From positions 122,195-186,194 of the forward strand of contig CAJFCJ010000004.1 of NCBI GenBank assembly GCA_904063045.1: DNA of 64,000 nucleotides, read 5' to 3'. The notes below the pieces were generated by a model. That model was not told the DNA's origin. It ran no database searches and saw only the letters and a list, made by a program, of their open reading frames with translations. Of the stretch, positions 60,491-64,000 are shown in pieces. Positions within the stretch are counted from its first letter, which is position 1, and each line of letters begins with the position of its first letter. The position numbers and the translations under genes are program-made. Source of the stretch: Dimorphilus gyrociliatus. Taxonomy: Eukaryota > Animalia > Annelida.

Positions 60491-60502
60491 GTCGTTAGCA
60501 AC
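60491..60502 (+). promoter_or_regulatory. X-box (RFX)-like site
   Basis: GTCGTTAGCAAC about 110 nt upstream of a ciliary-type gene. The RGCAAC half-site is exact; the other half is imperfect. Confidence 0.4.
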
Positions 60503-60612
60503 AGATCAATATGGCGGGTAACGACGTTCAAACGATGAAAGTTAATGTTTAGTTTTGCTTAAATATTTAGAAATTTTAAGTTATAAGAAACGAGAAAAAG
60601 CTATATTCAAAG

Positions 60613-61870
60613 ATGTGTGATCCATCCTCATTATTTCCAAGTGCTATGGCTCGAAAGAAACGAGTTGAAGACACACCAAAGTAAGATAATTCGAACAATT
60701 TTATGTTCTTTTCTATTAATCTCCTACTTAAAAAATAATTTTGATTAAGCTGCTAATTGGAAATTTTTATTTACGATGGCCTATAAAAATAAATATGAGA
60801 GGTAAAAATAGCATGAAAAACTTTTGTATCCCAAGTCAACATTTTTTGCTTATATAGTCAAAAAAAGGCAAAAGCAAATTAAATTAGAAGATTTAGCTTT
60901 TAGAAATAAATGCATGAATCGACAACATTACTCAATACAAACTTTAAATAATTAATTAATTTCCTAGGATCAATACTTATCGGATATTTGGAGAAGAAAT
61001 AGCTCATCAATATCCTTTGAGACCTTCCAACGTTTCAGTTCCATTGCATCCCCTATCTGATTCAAACGTTTTGGGGCAACCAGGCTCTACTATAGAACAT
61101 CCTCGATATAAAGCCAGGCATGGATCGAGAAATCGACCTAATCCCACACATTGTGGATTTCTATTATCGAACGTTAAAACGTTAATGGATCCAGTATGTA
61201 GTGTTTACACAAAGGGAAGTGATGAATCGTACGATTTTATGAAGCCGCAAAGGCCCTTAAATACTACAGTTCGATCGGATTTTGTTGACAAGAGTGATAC
61301 TTGCTTTCAAAAACCAACCCGCCATTCTTCTAATCCGAATAAAACTGCTGCCAGTGGTATTGTACCCGTAACATTTGTTAAACCGCAAAAGCAGAGATTT
61401 TGGAAAGAAGGAATCTCTTACGAACATCAATACGATTCTAGGGCAGATCCAAATTATCCCATAAGGGCTAAGGTAAGAAGTCATACTTTGACATTTGGAA
61501 ATCATATCAAACGCATCTGATATAAACTCTCGGTCGAGATATCAGATGTACTTTAGAAAATTGCTCCCAAACGAATATTTTATTAAGTATCCATTTCCCT
61601 ATTTAGAGACACGGAGCTTTCATTTGGGATAAATTCAGCGATAACGAAGCTGAAAGATTAATTCGTGCCAATGGTTATGAAGTTAGAAATTCAGCACAAG
61701 AAAGGCGTACATTGCCTACAGAAAATGTAGAACCTAAACCTTTAATTGAGTCCTCCATAAAATCTGCTCCTCCAGCTATTTACCCTGAACCTGCATCGAA
61801 GAGAGCAGCTCCCTCTACGCATTATTTACCTCCTATATCTAGTGTGCCAACCACTACTGTTTGCCAATGA
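60613..61870 (+). CDS. CIMIP6: C2orf73/CIMIP6-like ciliary microtubule inner protein (exons 60613-60680, 60968-61472, 61607-61870; 278 aa)
   Basis: TTVRSDF, SGIVP and ISYEHQYDSRADPNYPIRAK/RHGAFIW resemble the C2orf73 motif [26 protein letters not shown] as recalled; exons join in frame. Confidence 0.65.
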
Positions 61871-62232
61871 AAACTTTACAAGATTTTTCTTCCTCTTTTT
61901 TTTTCTCCAGAAGTTAATCACTTGTGACCAAAGAACATTTTTAACTTAATTACTTTTTCATCTTGAAGTTTATTTTGAAATAAAGTTATTACATTATATA
62001 AATCTTATCTCTTTTTGTCATTTAAATAACAGTTTCGCCACTGATGAAATAATTTGCATGATATTATTTATAAGTAATAAACATATTACGTTAGATGGCG
62101 TTCAAGTTTGATTTTTTTCGCCATCTATAATATATTGATTAGCAGACGATGTGTATAATAGGCAATATCAAAAGTCCGATTGAGAAAATAAAAGTTTACA
62201 AAATCTAATAAATAAATAAGTGCTTGTAAGCT

Positions 62233-63776
62233 ATGGATCATAGAAGCAAACGACGTGTCCTTATTACAGGGGTTGGAATGACGCAGTTTGAAAAACCAAA
62301 AACGAAAGAGTGGAATTATTACGATATGGGACGAGAAGCTGGTAGATTATATTTATATGAAAAACTTTCTGTTTCTTTTACTTATCTCAGTCAATTCTAA
62401 TATCTTTTATTTAAACTATACAAACAAATTTTGTAGCTCATCAAGCTTTACAGGACGCAGGGGTTCCTTACGATAAAGTAGAGGCTGCTGTTGTTAGTTA
62501 TTGTTATGGCGAACCCACTTGCGGTACATTTTGACCTATTATCAATTTTAATGTTCAAAAATGTACTACTTACAAATTCTGATAGGTCAAAGAGCTCTCT
62601 ACGAACTAGGTTTAACTGGAATTCCAATCTTCAACGTTAATAACAATTGCTCATCAGCCTCCAGCGCCCTGATGTTGGCTGGAGAACTAATAAAGGGCGG
62701 GAAAGACTGCGTTTTAGCCGTTGGTAAAGTCATATTATTATACAAAAGCTACCATATTTTTTATACTATGTTTATTCATAAAAAACGAAGGCTTCGAGCA
62801 AATGGAAGCTGGATTGTCATCAAGATATAAAGAAAAAGTTGCTCCTACAAAGATACACTTTGACAAAATGTACGATTTGGGAGCTGATTCGGATCTTTTA
62901 CCTGGGTTGAACGAAATGACATCCGAAGTTATTAAAATATTTGCCTATTCAGCAAGAGAATATATTAAAAAGTATAATTCCGTAACTAAGCGTGATCTGA
63001 GTGAAATATCGTTGAAAAATCGAAAACATGGATCACAAAATGATAGAGCTACAAAACGTTCCTCACCCATTCCATCTATAGATGATATCCTAAAAAGAAC
63101 GTTGTGTGAACCAATCACACTTCACATGGCAGCACCAACTGCCGATGGAGGTGCAGCCGCTCTTGTTTGCAGTGAAGAATTCGTTCGAAAGAATAATTTG
63201 CAAATGCAATCTGTTGAAATTGCAGGTAAACATAACAATAATAGCCTTTTGTATTTATTAAAATATGATATTTTTATAGCTCAACATATGTTGACCGACT
63301 TGCAGTCTACTTTTGACAAAACATTTATGGATTTGTGTGGGTATAAATTAGCAAAGGAAGCTGCTCAACGATGCTACAATGATTCTAACATAAGTCCTAG
63401 TGACGTTGATGTGGTTGAGTTGCATGATTGCTTCTCATGTAATGAGCTCTTCATGTACGAGGCTCTTGGCTTTGCTAAAGAAGGTCATGGAATGGACTTA
63501 TTCAGAATGGGCTCTTGGATAAAGAACAAAAGTGGAGGCGAAATTTACAAAATGAACAATATTGTTGTCAATCCATCCGGTGGCTTAGAATCAAAAGGGC
63601 ATCCTATTGGTGCAACTGGATTGGGTCAATGCGCCGAACTATGTTGGCAATTGAGAGGTGATGCTGGAAAAAGACAAGTAGATGGAGCACGAGTTGGTTT
63701 GCAACACAACTATGGAATTGGCAGTGCTTGTGTTGTTACTTTATACAAACAGTATGGTTTAAACAGCAATCTGTGA
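62233..63776 (+). CDS. SCP2: SCPx-type peroxisomal 3-ketoacyl-CoA thiolase (SCP2-thiolase type 1), lacking the SCP2 domain
   Basis: [28 protein letters not shown] (catalytic Cys), [43 protein letters not shown]; ends GLNSNL*. Confidence 0.88.
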
Positions 63777-64000
63777 TTTGCAACTGCAACCTTCAAATCT
63801 TTAAACTACAACAAAATTGATTAACTCGTTTTAATTTGATAAGATTAAGATATATTTTTTAAACTTCAGAGTAATATAAAACACTTCTGTGTTATTCAAC
63901 TAAAACGTGTGTAATTCAATATATATACATTTATATAAGTAATAGTTTCTAAAAACATTCGACCTATAGTCTTAATCGCCTAGTTTAAATGGTTTTGTCT

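Noticed and set aside
62721-63279. Insertions in the 351-aa thiolase ORF (for example [19 protein letters not shown])
   Set aside because: These are short stop-free GT-AG introns read through by the ORF finder, not novel protein insertions.
1-64000. Prokaryotic systems (CRISPR arrays, operons, defence islands) and intact transposons
   Set aside because: The sequence is intron-containing animal DNA; no repeat-spacer arrays, transposase, reverse transcriptase or terminal inverted repeats were recognised.

Overview
This is AT-rich, gene-dense eukaryotic (animal) DNA with mostly 50-70 nt GT-AG introns. The compact layout and gene content suggest a lophotrochozoan with a miniaturised genome, such as a dinophilid annelid; this is inference only. 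Splicing by hand gives about 26 protein-coding genes: EFCAB14, a tandem-E2 ubiquitin-conjugating enzyme, TECR, a DNAJB1/4/5-type co-chaperone, RPE, a single-filamin-repeat protein, GABPB, EFR3 (hosting a nested antisense EFCAB9-like gene), MPI (hosting a nested antisense small membrane ORF), five class A GPCRs, SPMIP1/ATP6V1FNB, ELOB, CLPP, XBP1, a DFPase-like enzyme, RICTOR, a zinc-finger/AT-hook orphan, a SUN-domain protein, WDR86, a C2orf73/CIMIP6-like protein and an SCPx-type thiolase. No tRNA, rRNA, CRISPR or intact transposon was recognised. The most striking features are in RNA processing. (1) Three candidate mutually exclusive exon pairs: two in EFR3, one of them separated by only 38 nt, and one in WDR86 where a 104-nt duplicate must splice into an AG inside its sister exon. 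(2) An XBP1 with two perfect IRE1 hairpins defining a 20-nt unconventional intron, plus a perfect ERSE in its promoter. (3) A GPCR that appears to need a non-canonical GA-AG intron. (4) A multi-intron transcript candidate with no long ORF behind an E2F/CCAAT promoter. All gene models were built by eye and need RNA-seq confirmation.
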